Source: Phoronis australis (taxonomy: Eukaryota > Animalia > Phoronida). Taken from it: DNA of 64,000 nt. Of this stretch, positions 27,534 to 41,687 are shown in pieces. The stretch covers positions 39,843 to 103,842 of the forward strand of contig NMRA01000670.1 in NCBI GenBank assembly GCA_002633005.1. The letters run 5' to 3'. The position numbers were made by a program, and so were the translations under genes. The notes beneath the pieces are model-generated. The model did no database searches. It was given only the letters and a program-made list of their open reading frames with translations, and was not told the origin of the DNA. The number at the start of each line of letters is the position of its first letter. Within the stretch, counting starts at the first letter, position 1.

Positions 27534-29211
27534 TTACCCGGGCCAGCATTAGTAAACAACATTTTGCTTCTCCTTACATGAAACTTTGTAGAATATCCTT
27601 AAATGATTGAAAGTGAGGTATTCACCAAGATGGAGTTGAAAAGTATTATTACAGTATTTTCCTTAACTCAGACTCTGAGGATACATCTAGACAACATTAT
27701 TTTTCGTTATCATGTTCGTACTTGGATGAATTCTCAATTCTAGTGATTGGTTTTCTATAAACTCGTAGAAAACGATAATGGATTTGGATTTAAATCTTGT
27801 ATTTGCATATTCTGTGACTCAAAACGCACCACTTGGGTACTGATCACAGTTGTCAACAAAACAATCTAACCAACAAATCTAAAACACGGTTTCAATACAT
27901 ATCATACAAAGATAATCATACTGTAAAAATTTCCGAACTTAGGACAGTCTACCGAATGTCGGACACCTACATGTATATCCAACCCCAAACAGATTTTTTG
28001 ATTCTGAAATTTGGGAAACAGTCGAATTTGACATTCACCGCTCATTTCTGAACTTTCGGACACGTCAATTTTAACAGCAATGGCCATTATTCTCACATTT
28101 CGGACTGTGCACTTTTCCGCATAATCAGGACGTAAATCTAGAAGTTCGTCAAGCAAATTAAATTGCTGCCGACGTAATGTATTGACTGATGTTGCAGTCT
28201 ACAGTTATCGAGGTGGATCGCGTTTCCTTGACTGTCCAAACATTTGCCAAGCTTGAATGCGGTTTCAATACGCAAATANCGAAGTCAATTATCCTCGCTC
28301 GTGACTCGATGAATAGAGCAGCTTGGCGGCATCCCTTTGACCATGAGCCGAGCGCGTCTCAGCCAAGGTGGATAAATACGGTCTACTTCAATTTTCCATA
28401 CCCCGCCGTTTACCTTAAACACCGGGGTTACAACCAATTTTATTTAGTGGGAATGTTCATAGCATGTTACCCGGGCCAGCATTAGTAAACAACATTTTGC
28501 TTCTCCTTACATGAAACTTTGTAGAATATCCTTAAATGATTGAAAGTGAGGTATTCACCAAGATGGAGTTGAGAAGTATTATTACAGTATTTTCCTTAAC
28601 TCAGACTCTGAGGATACATCTAGACAACATTATTTTTCGTTATCATGTTCGTACTTGGACGAATTCTCAATTCTAGTGATTGGTTTTCTATAAACTCGTA
28701 GAAAACGATAATGGATTTGGATTTAAATCTTGTATTTGCATATTCTGTGACTCAAAACGCACCACTTGGGTACTGATCACAGTTGTCAACAAAACAATCT
28801 AACCAACAAATCTAAAACACGGTTTCAATACATATCATACAAAGATAATCATACTGTAAAAATTTCCGAACTTAGGACAGTCTACCGAATGTCGGACACC
28901 TACATGTATATCCAACCCCAAACAGATTTTTTGATTCTGAAATTTGGGAAACAGTCGAATTTGACATTCACCGCTCATTTCTGAACTTTCGGACACGTCA
29001 ATTTTAACAGCAATGGCCATTATTCTCACATTTCGGACTGTGCACTTTTCCGCATAATCAGGACGTAAATCTAGAAGTTCGTCAAGCAAATTAAATTGCT
29101 GCCGACGTAATGTATTGACTGATGTTGCAGTCTACAGTTATCGAGGTGGATCGCGTTTCCTTGACTGTCCAAACATTTGCCAAGCTTGAATGCGGTTTCA
29201 ATACGCAAATA
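27534..29211. repeat. 745-bp direct duplication (27534-28278 vs 28467-29211) separated by an N and a 187-bp repeat fragment; probable allelic contigs placed in tandem
   Basis: Offset 933, ~2 substitutions, identical duplicate ORFs in the track, N at 28279. Confidence 0.85.
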
Positions 29212-32200
29212 AACTGTATAATCTCCGACTTTCGCGTAATCGCCACTGTATCACGCTGTGTACTTTTATTAACAGCTAATTAATAAGCACCAGTGATGAG
29301 ACTGATGTTCTGTGACCAAGTCCGATTTCAGATTCACAGCTTCAATTTTTTTTCTGTGAACCTGCAGCCTTGACTACCTTCCTCCCGGTGCCCCGACCTT
29401 TGCTTTGCCATGCACCGAATTGCCAAAACGATGTTGTTCAGTATCAAGTAAAACAAATTTTGCACAATGCAAAAATCCACGTCCTAGTTTGTCATGCAGT
29501 ATACGTTGAAATGTTCACGTTTTAGATATATCTTGGTCTCCCAACGCACATTCCATTTTCTAGCCTATTTTCTATTCTACACAAAATGTTTCGTCTCTCT
29601 CGCACTAAGGTTAAGAATTTTGAAACCATCTAAAGCAGTGTGTGAACCTATTAATCTTTAGTCAAAGTTGCTCCGTTTCCTCCTGTCCCGTCACTTTCAT
29701 GGATCATTTGACCACCCATGATGGCGCGTGATTTGTAAAACGACAACCTGGGCCTGTAGCAAAGATCAATCTTAATCTGCCTACAAGCATGAAATATAAA
29801 TTGAATTCATTCACAAGTGGAGGGCATTGCTATTGGGCTGGAGTGAACATGGGACAGATAAAATACCAACAGCAGTACCGGGAACGTAAGGGCCGAGGTT
29901 ATCAGGACGAACCGCTTTTATGTTAAAGCATAATTAGCATCTAAGTAGCTAACGCACTTGTAACCGGCTACGTGAACAGTCACTTGCGCGTGGTGGTGTT
30001 TTGCGATTAGAACTATTCGTAGGTGCATTCAAATTGTTTACTAACAGACTGGGTGCGGGTTCCAGAAACCATTACCCTACCTATCTGATAACAACCATTG
30101 TTAGACTGACTGGGTTAAACATCATCGTATCAAAATGAACAATAAATATATTGAAATAGTAAAAATGAAATAAAAACAACTTACGCCTTTGTTGCTCTTG
30201 CCGTGGAAGTGGCTTTCGTTTGACGAAACTGTACTCGCCACCGGCACTGGGCCGGCCTGGGAAGCCGTGTACAGCGTACAACGTAGCGATCAGGTGTGAC
30301 GACCTCGTCGTCGATCACAACATCTGTTCCTCTGACGGCAGCTCGACAACCGCCCTGCATTTTCTCGCTGCACTTAAACACTGCCAAAGTAGCCGTCTAT
30401 TCGAAAATCATCAAGTTAGGAAATGCCCGAACACGTTGCACGACGAAAACACACTTTCGTCGAATCACTACCGTAATTTATGCGTGGTTGGAATAGTTTC
30501 AAAAATTATGCCAACGTAACGAAACGTGCTACATTATTCGATACAAAGCGACAAAAATCGTTTCAAAGATCTTTGAAACACACGTTTTGCTATTTTTTAA
30601 AACTTTTCGAACAGAATGAACTGAACGTGGCAAAACGTGTAGATAAATATTCATATGTCTTTGCGCTTAGGGTCAGAGCCGAAGTACTTTGAAAAAGGCC
30701 TCTAACAAAGAACAAATTAAAAAGTGTAAGGTATGGTTTTGCAGTATTTTTCGTCACAAAATTTTTTTAAAAATATCAAACGTGACCTCCAACAAAAAGT
30801 TGAGAAGTGTTTTTGCAACTAAAAACAACTAGGCTGACGTAATTAAGTTTTATGACCTGATGTAATTGACAGTGTACTGACACATCACACAGTGGGGATA
30901 GTTACGTAAGGAGATTTTATGCTGATAAGTCCACTGAAATCGTTTGTGCACTACCAGACACTTCGCTTTGTAAAACGCAGTGCTTTCGAGCTTTACTTCA
31001 CCAGGCTTTGCTGCGATATATCCACAAACAGGACCTTCCCCAATTAAAGAAAGGCCCATAGGCCCGATATCTGAAGTGACTATCAACATTTTTCTAAAGT
31101 TGGTCGTTTTTTCTAAAAAATGTCAGCAAGCAATCCAAGGCTCTGCTATTCATAACCTACGTGGGCTAATAAAACAGTTATCTTCTCAAACAGGACCATA
31201 AACCCTTCTTAAGCAGTGTTTTAAGTTACACAGTCCATCTAGAATAGTTATGTGACTAAGAACAGGGTTCACAAGAACTACTTTCATAGACCTTGTATGT
31301 CAATTTCAAAAGGCCTATTGTGTGTGAAGGATATTCATGATTTACAACTATGAACATCCATGATTTACATCCATAATAAAACTCTAAGCTGGTATGTGCA
31401 CTGTGCCACATGGGACACATTTTCCATTCATGGACCCTTTTTAAGATTATAAGCACCCACTCATATTTAGGGTACAGGAAAGATAACATTATACCATTCT
31501 CAAAACACAGGCACTGGGGGTTCTATTGGAAAATCCCTGCACTATCCCTTTACAAATCTGTGTGCATAAACAAATGATCATGACAAGCCGTGTTTAAGAA
31601 AAAAATTCACCCATTGATTGAATGTGATAACATTAAATCAAAATGCTCCTTAGAGTTGACCTTCTGTTTAGACCCAATAACACTGCAATTCTTCAGTTAT
31701 TTAGCATACAATTGAAATTATATTTAGTTAAAATTCTCAAAATAGATTACTATAGGAATATTTTAGTCTATTACAAGCATGGTTTGCAATGTACAGACCT
31801 CATAAAACAACATTTCCTAAATTTCCCATTGCAGTATTTGTAAAAAGGCAATCAGCCATCTGAAAATGGAAAATTACCATTTTGGGAATGCATGAAGTAA
31901 GAAAGAATGCCCATACAAAGGTCATTTCTGCACAATGAGTTACCCTAGAGCAAGTTACACTTAAGAGCAATTGCCCCACATCAGATAATCATGCATACTA
32001 CACAACCGACAATCCTATGACACAACAGAATGTCCTTCAAAACATGCAGATGTCTTACAAAATGCAACTTGATTATTTGCAATTTCCTTTTGGGATGTTG
32101 AACTGTCTTCTGGTCATTGAATATAAGCAGACGGTTTAAATCCGGTCAATGGTAAAATGTAAGGATGTTAAGATTAGAAGTCAAGGCCATAAAGCAAAGC

Positions 32201-33161
32201 ACCAGAATTAAAGTAACATGTGACCACACTGCCACTAGGGCTCCAGTCACTCTAGAACTATCCTCAATAACATAAGTTGCCAAATATACTTTCCAAATCG
32301 CTTCAATGCAAATAGCATCGACACCACTTTTAAACCAAAAAACAACTTGTTCCAAAATGTAGCTTGTTCCAAGGTAAACTGGTAGTCCAACAAATAAGAT
32401 CAGCATTTTGTATGGCAATAACATGCCCATTACTCACTTTATTATTGGTAAGAGAATAGTAACCTGCTTAATTTCATATTCACCAACTTAATACATGTAT
32501 GCTAGCATTTTGATAATTTTGCAGGTGAAAGACGAGGGATTAGTTTTCAAGGTTAATAACACTCGTACTCTGGCCAGACCAGTACAACAGCTAATAAACA
32601 GGTGTTAAGTTTTCAAAAGATGAAAAATTCTTTGGAGGAAACCAGACAGAATATAACTCTATCTGAAAATTAGCCAATTATTTTTGCAAGTGAATTTACT
32701 AAATTTTGAAAAGAAGATATCTTATCAACTTAATTCTGAGAACTACCTCTACTTTCATTACTTTCATGACCTTGAAACCCAAGGTCAATTTCATTCTAGG
32801 AGGTTTAATGCATCTGACATTTTCACACGACTGAGCAAACAGACTGACAGCATAACGATAAAAACAACTACAAAAAATATGAGCCTATGCTTTTTACGTA
32901 CAAGCCATATATGTTTGAATTTTTTTTTGTCCAGTTGTTCTTTTATGGGATATTTTCATAATAAATGGAATGCAGACTACCTAAGGCTCATTAAATAATG
33001 ACAGGCAAAATCACTGCAAATCTAAGCCTGCATGAAGAACAAAGTGCGCCGAGTCCAAACAAAAAACATAACAACAAGCTGCCAGTTGTGGATAATTAGT
33101 TTCTGTAAGTCTGATACTGTGGGATATTTGTTTGTTAATAAATGAACATGAATATTTACAG

Positions 33162-33348
33162 GAGACATAATAAGTTAACACGATCGGTGTCCAAACAGAA
33201 TCTGGTAGAGGAGAATCGGGCGTTCGTGGGAGATGAAGATATAAAAGTACGCTACAAACATGAACACAAAGCAGAGGTCACTAACTGTAATGAAACAGAG
33301 ACCAGGCCAACAAGACAACAGAAGCACGAAAGGAAGCAGCGATTTTGA
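33162..33348 (+). CDS. Gene B terminal cytoplasmic exon (RHNKLTRSVSKQNLVEENRAF...KQRF*)
   Basis: Acceptor ATATTTACAG|G phase 2 fits the TM exon; basic juxtamembrane residues; CDS from ATG 23841 totals 324 nt (107 aa). Confidence 0.72.
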
Positions 33349-33769
33349 TGACAGCAGCACCGTTTACATAATAAGAGATGTATGGAAAATTAAAAAAGAT
33401 CATCTTCTTGTTTACTGGCTGCTGGGATAACACTAAAAATAACTACGGAAAAGATTTCCAAGAATATGCCGATTCTTGCATAGTGTAGGAACTTCGGAAT
33501 CATATTTAAATTTTTGTATTTCGTGTTATTTAATTGGGTGTTAAGACAGGCAGATGTCCGGACACATTAGTTGCCCAAGAACCAACATGTTCCTGTGCAG
33601 TGGCTGTGGACTAAATGTTCAAGTGTTAGGTGTGTGACTGAAGGGGCAGTGAGAATTTAAGTTTTCAGGGTGACAACTCTTCAGAGTAATAGTTTTTTCC
33701 GGGTCAGCTTTTTCCACATGTAAGGCACCCATGTGAAGAGACCTGAGGGGCGTCACTCGAAGAGACTTA

Positions 33770-35212
33770 CCGTATTCGCCCTAATAACCACCCAGGGCAC
33801 TTAGAAAAATTCGTTTCAGGAGGGGCGCTTATTATAACCCAAGGCGGTTGAAACAAGGTCTCCGAAACGAGTGAAATCGGAAGCTAAGATTCATCATATT
33901 TATGCTCTGTGACGTATCTGTAACCTATGACAGGTTTTCTACAAAATTGTAATGCATTGCTATCAAACTTTGTTGTTAAATTACGGTTATTTACAGAAAA
34001 TTGAGCTGAAATCCTAGGGTGAAAACTTGCCGACTGACTGCCTCGCAATTGTCGACATGGCGACCTGAATACTTGAATAAAAATATAGATTTGACTAAAG
34101 CAAATTACTTGAAATCCTCCTTAAGTTTTCCAATAAGCGTCCCTAAGATATTTAAGTTCCCGTGGAGTCGGGATTAAGGTTAAGTACAAATCTGTGGTTA
34201 AGAACACGAGAGAAATCTCTGGATGAACACACATATTGTTGTCAAGTGACGTCTGTTTCGAAGTTCATCTGCGGTGTGTGAGTAAGAGAGCGTGTGCGTG
34301 TCACTAGAGTTAATTTGCCAGAGTAAATGCAAGCTAGATGTGCATTGTACCCAAAGAAATTAGCACAAGCAGCACGCCTAAAGCAGAACGTGTTTCATTT
34401 AGCACTTGCCAGTCTCGTTAGGGCCCATATTAGTCGTGGTGTGGCTGGATGCGTATGTGACTATCTGACAGTTGACTTTTCAGTGTAAAGGTGTGTAAGC
34501 ATTCACTGTCAGTGGTCATTTTATCGGATATTTGGCTTAAAAACACCAATTATGATTAATCAAAAAATCCCTCTTAAAAATTACGCAGACCTTTTTATAG
34601 TATTAGAAACTGTTGGAAATAAGAGCCAATATTCATTTTTTGCTGATGCTATGCTACCCGTTCCATAAATGGATTGTTCCCGACTAATGTCTTTGGTCGG
34701 ACAGGTACATGTATGTAGCGCGCGCTTCCTGGCCACGTGCTTTTAAAACTGACCAAGTTTTTTATTAGTCTTCGAACTATTCGCAGTTTTCACATGTACA
34801 AAGAAATTTGGATTCCTCTTAAGGCGGGAAATATCTACAGTACAATCCCGTTGACAAATACACTACGTCTGATCTGAAAGGGCAGACCATAGTGGGACAC
34901 ATTCCTTGCAAGCTCAGCAAAACTTTTGTATTCGTTTTGAAGCACGGCAGAAGTTTTAAGTGTATAGTCACAGCTGAACACTGACATAGCGGCGAGGCTC
35001 GTGGTCTACAAATTCTGCGCACAATTTTTTTTCAGGACTGCCAGACATTACTGACAAATTGAAGACTTTACTGTACTCTGAATTTCAGGACTGCAAATAA
35101 GGCATTTTTCACACGTACACGTTCATGGGCTGGGCGCTTATTTTAGCAAAGTTTGAAAACGGGTGGGGGGCGCTTTATATAGGGGCATGGGCAGTTATTA
35201 GGGCAAATACGG
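33770..35212. mobile_element. HIRAN-remnant TIR element, copy 2 (inverted relative to copy 1)
   Basis: TA|CCGTATTCGCCCTAATAACC ... GTTATTAGGGCAAATACGG|TA; plus strand IRSFHMYKEIWIP / YNPVDKY..IVGHIPCKLSK..LKHGRSFKCIVT..GLQI. Confidence 0.9.
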
Positions 35213-35364
35213 TAACTGGTTTTCGGCTGGACACAAAAATCAGAAATCCGACTATGGATAGCCAAAAGTTAATTGTTTTGTCTTCAGCATTTCTCAAAAC
35301 GTTTTGTCAAAGTCAACCCATTTTTGTCTTTTGTCTTTAAGTAAATATAGCCTTAGCCTGATTT

Positions 35365-36383
35365 TTTAGTCATGACTAAAATGTGACTGATATGTGACTA
35401 AATAATTATTCATGACTAGACTGTGACTAGGATATCTTAGAATATTTGATGGTGTGACTAAAATGTGACTAACATATGACTAAATAATAGTCGTGACTAA
35501 AATATGACTAGAACATCTTAGAGTGTGTGATGGTATGTCTAAAATAAGATGTTTATATGGATGTGACAAAAATGTGACTAAAATATCTTTGCTTTGTTTG
35601 GATGTGTCTGAATTATGACCTAATTTTTGGAGTTGATTGCCCGATTTCAAATTTCACAAATACCGCGGTTTTCCATGAGCTGAGATTTTTAACTTATAAC
35701 TTGAAAAACAATACAAACTTTGAATTTAGATATCAAACTGCCTCCAAGATTTAGTTTTTGATATCCTATTGTACAAAACGATTTGGTAGTTACGAACAGT
35801 AGCAAGAACCATTTTCAAGTAAGTCGCTACATTTTTGTGCATGTCATATTATTCATTTCTTAATACATTTTGTCCAATCTGATTTTGTAGCAGTTGGTGT
35901 TTCAGTGCCGTACAGACTTCATGGAAAAATTTATGACTAAACCTCTAGTCATGACTGGATCATTAGTCAGTGACTAGAGTTCTAGTAAGTTCATTTGTAT
36001 AAATGGGGTGTGACTAAACCTCTAGTCAGTGACTAAAGCTCACTTCATAACTAGATCATTAGTCAGTTGCTAAAGCTCTAGTCAGTTCATTTGAATAATT
36101 GGGACATGACTAAAACTCAAGTCAGCAACTAAACAGCCTGAAATTCTAGTCACTGAAGCATTAGTCACCGACTACAGTGTTACTGCCACAACTATGGGTT
36201 TTTAGTAATGACTACAGTTTTAAACATGTTCCAATTACGCAAATGAACCGACTAAAATGTGACTAAACCGATTCAAATATATCATGGACAAACTTTAGTC
36301 ACATTTTAGTCATGACTAAAATGAATTTTTATATGTGACAAAAATGAGACTAAAACATGAATAAACCATGACTAACAAAGGGT
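35365..36383. repeat. Array of short TGACTA/TAGTCA motifs in both orientations; probable EnSpm/CACTA-type non-autonomous element remnant
   Basis: Dozens of (A/G)TGACTA(A/G) motifs at 35365-35590 and 35935-36375; right end CATGACTAACAAAGGG|TA. Confidence 0.6.
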
Positions 36384-39300
36384 AAGGGAAAATACAAAGC
36401 CACGACAGATTCTTCAAGAAATAGGCCACAGGTGTCGACTGGAGAAAGAAGTACTTATCAACTAAGCACTTGTGCAGCTGATAAAGCTAACATGTGCCAC
36501 TGTCCTTCTGCTAAATACGCAGTGTCATTTTATTCTTACCTGAGGTCCACCTTGACCCTCAGGTTTGTCAGCAGTTCAGGGACAAGTTTCACAGAGACAA
36601 ACCTCCATCTGGACACAGCTTAGTTTTTCTTAGGACACAGTTTAGTTTTTATTAGGAAATCACAGAAACAGAGCAGCTCCCTCAAACTTTTGTAGTGTAT
36701 TCATAGGTCAAACAATACAAGGTCACCTAGAAATGTGCATTCCCAAATTTGTTGACAAGGCAATTTAAGTAGTATTAGCCAAGAGCTTGCTTAGTTACAT
36801 ATATAAAGGTGTCATCACTTTGAAGCTACATTTTCTTAATCTTGAGCTTATGTACGACCTTTTCAACGCAGTCTGTACATTTAGCCAAATATGCACACAA
36901 CTAGATAATTTAACTCAGAGCAAAAGTGCATTTCTGACGGTAGAAATTACGTATAATTTGATTTTTTACTTTATGCCAATCGATCATGTAACTTTGCATT
37001 TTTAGGAAAATATAGCGAGAAAGAAAGCAACATTCATAACAAAACATGGTCAATAACATGACCAAATATGGTATGATATAAATGTTTGAGATAAAATATC
37101 AAAAATGCTGTCACAGTTTTTCTTTATAAACTGTTCATCAAAATCAGTTCCATTTTTGATTACACCTCATGCAAAAGCGGAGTATTTTCAAAAAAATTCC
37201 TAACAGGATTATGGAGGATAGTGTATGAAGCCATTTGTGAGGTACGATGTTCTGAAGCCAAAATTGGACATTTTCAAGGACCCTTCATAACCTTAATGTG
37301 TTTATATTTGCTCAAAACTTATAGCCATTTTACACTGGCTCTCCACAACCACAAGAGGGAGAAACATCCAAAAACTTGACTGGAAACACACACAAACAAT
37401 CAACATCATTTTGAAAAGCTCCACATGTATGCCGAGGGCAATTTCTGTGGGTCCTAGTGTGGAAATGCAGTTACTTCAGGTGCACGTGTAATACACAACT
37501 TATCTAAGTCATGACAGATGACTATGTGTAGCAACAAGAATGAAAAGCTATGATCAACAATGTGCGCTGATTATGATGAATAAAAAGAAACGTCAGCGCA
37601 AGTTAATAGACACCCAAGCGTCTGCACGCATAACAGTCGCGACAGAAACGTGTGCTTGACAACAAGTGTAAGGCAGCGGCTAGAAAAATCAATGAGATGG
37701 TTGACTTCAAGTCACCAGTTGTCTAGAACGCAGAGGACACAAGAGATGATGTGAAAGAATGAGCAGTAGCAACAGGTAAGACAACATCGGAGTGAAAATG
37801 TTGACTTTAAACGAGAAGGGCAACTTCAAGGAAAATTCATTCTGATTTTCCAAGTGTCCAATGATATACTTTGATATTACATAACCAGGTAACAATGAAT
37901 ATTTCCATAGATAAGGTGGAAGATAGCCGGTGAATTCTAGTAAAATTGATTATATAAATGAAACACAGTATTCATATGCCATAGCCATCATAATATTTCA
38001 TGTGTTAAGCTGACTAATCATTATGATCATTTCTATGTAGATTAAGAATTAAGAAATTTTTTTTTAAATTCTAAGAAAAATAAAGCACCATTATCAAGAC
38101 CAAAATTTTGCGGCACACAAGATTTAATTTTTTGTAACGTCACGTAAATCGAACACGTAACATCAATTATTTTTCAATTAAGGTTAATAACTAAAACAAT
38201 GGACTCAGCTGTAGAGCATGAGCACATTCAACACTGTCACGTGTTCATTGAAATACCTGACTCAGGTGCTGGTGAGAGTTACCATAACTACCTTCTCAGA
38301 AAGTCACCAGAATAAATGAACATACTCTTAGATAATTATCAGCAGCAAAAGCGTTCCATTTGGAGGGAGCACACGTGAAAGAGCTAATCCTTTTACAGAG
38401 GTTTGCTAATCCATAACGTAATTCATGAGGTTTCAAACAATAAAAAGATTTATTTTTTGGAATAAAGAATTCAATAAATAACCCTTTGGACTAATAAAAA
38501 TATAAAACCTTTTCACAGCAAAAATTAAAGGAATCACCAAGTCATGTTGCCTTAGTTATTGTTCCGTTTTTTGACTTTGAAACTCATTCGCTAAATAGGC
38601 GTGTTGATTTACGACTGCAACTGTGTCATCCAGTCCAGCACATTCAGCCAAGCCCATGAATAGCAATCTGTGATGGCGCCATCAGTGATGTGCCGAGGAC
38701 TTCACTGGAAACTCCGGGTAAATGGTGCACGCTTTCTTGGCCACTTGTTAAAGTAAGATTTGCCTAATGATGAGATTGTATACATCCCTGTAACACATTT
38801 CAAAAGGATCGAGAAGGAAAATAAACGCTTATGCTGTAGTGATACAGTGTCGCGGACTTGCGAAGACGAACAGGCTCATAGGCTACCATACAATTCAATC
38901 TGACAGCTAGGAAACTGTGAACATAGCAGAACTAAGTTCACAGCCAACACTCATGCATGATGGCAGTTTTCACTGCATTTGGTAGACATAGCAACGTAAC
39001 ATGTGAATGATTTGCAAATTCCTCAACAGGAAAAGGCTCAAAAACAACACATAGTAAAAAATAAATATTCATCGCTCAATCAACATTTTAATCAATAATA
39101 AAACCAATACAATGAAAAAAAAATAAAAATGTAAAATTTGTGGAAGCTAACCAATCTTAAGACCTTTAAAGGTGTCAGTACTCAAGAAAAGAGAGCCAAC
39201 ATAAGACCATCGCTGAATTTCATTGATCACAAACTCAGATCTGAACACTGTGCTCTGCCAAACAACCACTCATTATCAAACCGCAGTAATTAGCAGGAAT

Positions 39301-39452
39301 TACCATGACAACACTTTCAGCAGTGGTATATTAAAAGCGTAGTCAACTAAAACCTTCACAAAACTCCATTGTCTTATTTATGTGCAGGTAAATACGGACC
39401 AGGCTTGCCAGGGCACATCATTCCGCTGGAGTTAGGCAATGCCCAGACAACA

Positions 39453-39684
39453 ATGAGCGATACAGCAGGCATGGTTAACGATACACACAAGGCTAACTTG
39501 CTAAGTACTTTACAACAAAACATTGATACATGGATGAACCCACAATGGGTGATGCCAAACACCTTTGAAAGACCAACAGTGGGTAGTAAACCAGTTTTGA
39601 CCACAACTCAACAACCAGAGTCAACTACAGTGCCAAGCCTGATCAAAGAAGATTCAACAGACTTCAACCTGCCACCATTTATTG
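39453..39684 (+). CDS. Gene C ectodomain exon (exon 39388-39684; start codon uncertain), Thr/Pro-rich
   Basis: Acceptor TTATTTATGTGCAG, donor TTG|GTAAGG phase 1; frame open across the exon; ACAATGA start context; NDT sequon. Confidence 0.75.
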
Positions 39685-41687
39685 GTAAGGAATGACAAAA
39701 CACATTCATGTTTCAAATAAATTCTATGGTAACCGTAAATTTGTAATCATCATTATATTTATGATTGGTTTACTTGAACTTGATCACTTTGCCCGTCAAG
39801 CGCCTGGGTGCAGTTGGGCAAATGCTCCTTCGGGCACGTAACTTTGTGTACAATACCAGTGCAGTCCCCATTAACCCTTTAGCACTTATCTTCCACAAGC
39901 CATTTGGACTGGTGGTTATCTTAACGTGCCAACATACTGCACACCCCACAGCAAAATTTAATGAAGTTGTTGCAAAAAGTCAAAATACAAGATTGATAAT
40001 TTAGTTCTAATAACAGAGATAACAAATACAGTGGTATTGCCCTAGTAGTAGCTCTAGACTTTACCGCAATACCACAACCCTAATAGGGCCCTCCTGGACT
40101 ACACAACATTCGAATTTCCCTGTATTTACCCACAATGCCGTACGCATGTCAGGCACTTCGGAGCCTTTTTTGGTGCCACCGGTGTTTCACGTTATTTGTT
40201 GTCTGATTCTTTACAAGTTTTTCTCGGCTGCATTACTCCATTCGTCCTTCCAATGCCAATGAAGTGACTGCTGTGCTGTGGGCTACAACTCTGACCCAAG
40301 AAAGTTTGATAAACTGGACAAATACCTGTGGATACGTGAAGTGAAATTCTTCCCCTTTCCGACATTAATGATAAACACGAAAATGTGCCCAAATGAGGTC
40401 ACGCACTTTCTTATCTCTGGGACAAACGAAGGTTCTATTGCCGTGTAATCAGGAACGGTCCTATTCAAATCTGCTGTCTTTACCCACAATGCTGAGTGTC
40501 AAAAGGGCACTGCTTCAACCATACGACTCATTATATTACATCAAAATTTGCCCATCCATATCATTCTAATGATAATAGGTCATTCCTGAATATTAATTTC
40601 TCTTTGAAATGAGGCTTGAACAGCGTGAGGAATCATAAACACACCAATCAGTACCCATTACGGCGTTTTCCATGTCAATACCAACTTGTTCGATTCTATA
40701 GCCCAACAACAAGTTTGGAAGATGACCCCTGTTGCCAATATCTTACACGACTGATTAACTCCAATAATCTCCAATAAGAGCATATCTAGCCTGACTGGGC
40801 TGTGCATTTAAAAATAAAAGTTAAGTTATAACATATTTGAACATAAACCAATAGCATTTCTGATTTCCTCATCTAAGTCTGATCATGTTTAATCGCCAAA
40901 ATCGTCCAATCACAACCAAAGTTACGACAATCTATTCTTTCCGAATGTACCAATTTGCTCTGGGTTTGACTGTGTTCACACGTGGTCTGTAATAAGCCTG
41001 GTACATAATTGGCCTGTCTGATGTCACACCAGGCAAAAGATTGTGCTTTTGCTAGACGTTATCACACACTCACAACCCTCTACGTATGGTAAAGTCACTG
41101 AACGGCAGAACGGCGTCATGATACCATTTACCAAAATAACCCAACAATTTTCAGAAGTATAATAATAGTATAGTTAAAATAAAATATATGGCCATGCTTT
41201 TATCTACGCTTTTCTAGTGTCCAAGAAACAACTTCAATTCATCCACTTGCATATGGGATATTGTAAATATGAGGTGAAAACCCATGACCTGCATGAATGT
41301 GGTGTCACTCAGAGTCATGCTCAAAAACATGTTTAACCAATGATGGGTGAAGTCCTACTATATTGGAGCAGAGAAAAGTAATTTTAATTACTGTTAACTG
41401 AATCATATTGGTGATCCATAGGCCACAATTTGATAAATTCACGCATGGGAAATCAACAATTCCTGGTTGTTCATTAAGTTTTGCACAACAGCTATAAAGT
41501 CTGTATATTCCATTTATTTAGCACACCCTGTCTATAAGGCAAACATATTTAATTTGTTTTTTTGCGAAATAACTTGAGAATTATCATACAATTAGTTTAA
41601 GTATACACTTAAGTTATCCCTGGAATTAATCAACTGATATAATAGAAATATTTAATAGATGAGAAAATGAACAGCCCGTGTTTCTAA

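Noticed and set aside
27833-29089. Duplicated 72-aa and 84-aa ORFs as a gene pair
   Set aside because: Non-ATG starts, no recognisable domain; identity is explained by the 745-bp duplication
29850-30700. CpG-rich segment with overlapping short ORFs (promoter island or gene)
   Set aside because: No coherent protein or splice pattern; more likely TE-derived, but I could not define termini
32525-32551. 27-nt phase 1-1 micro-exon (GERRGISFQ)
   Set aside because: Weak donor (GTTAAT) and lies in a phase-2 intron of gene B
37740-38755. Coding first exons for gene C (donors near 37775, 38717, 38752)
   Set aside because: No ATG-initiated frame ends in the required phase 1; may be UTR exons
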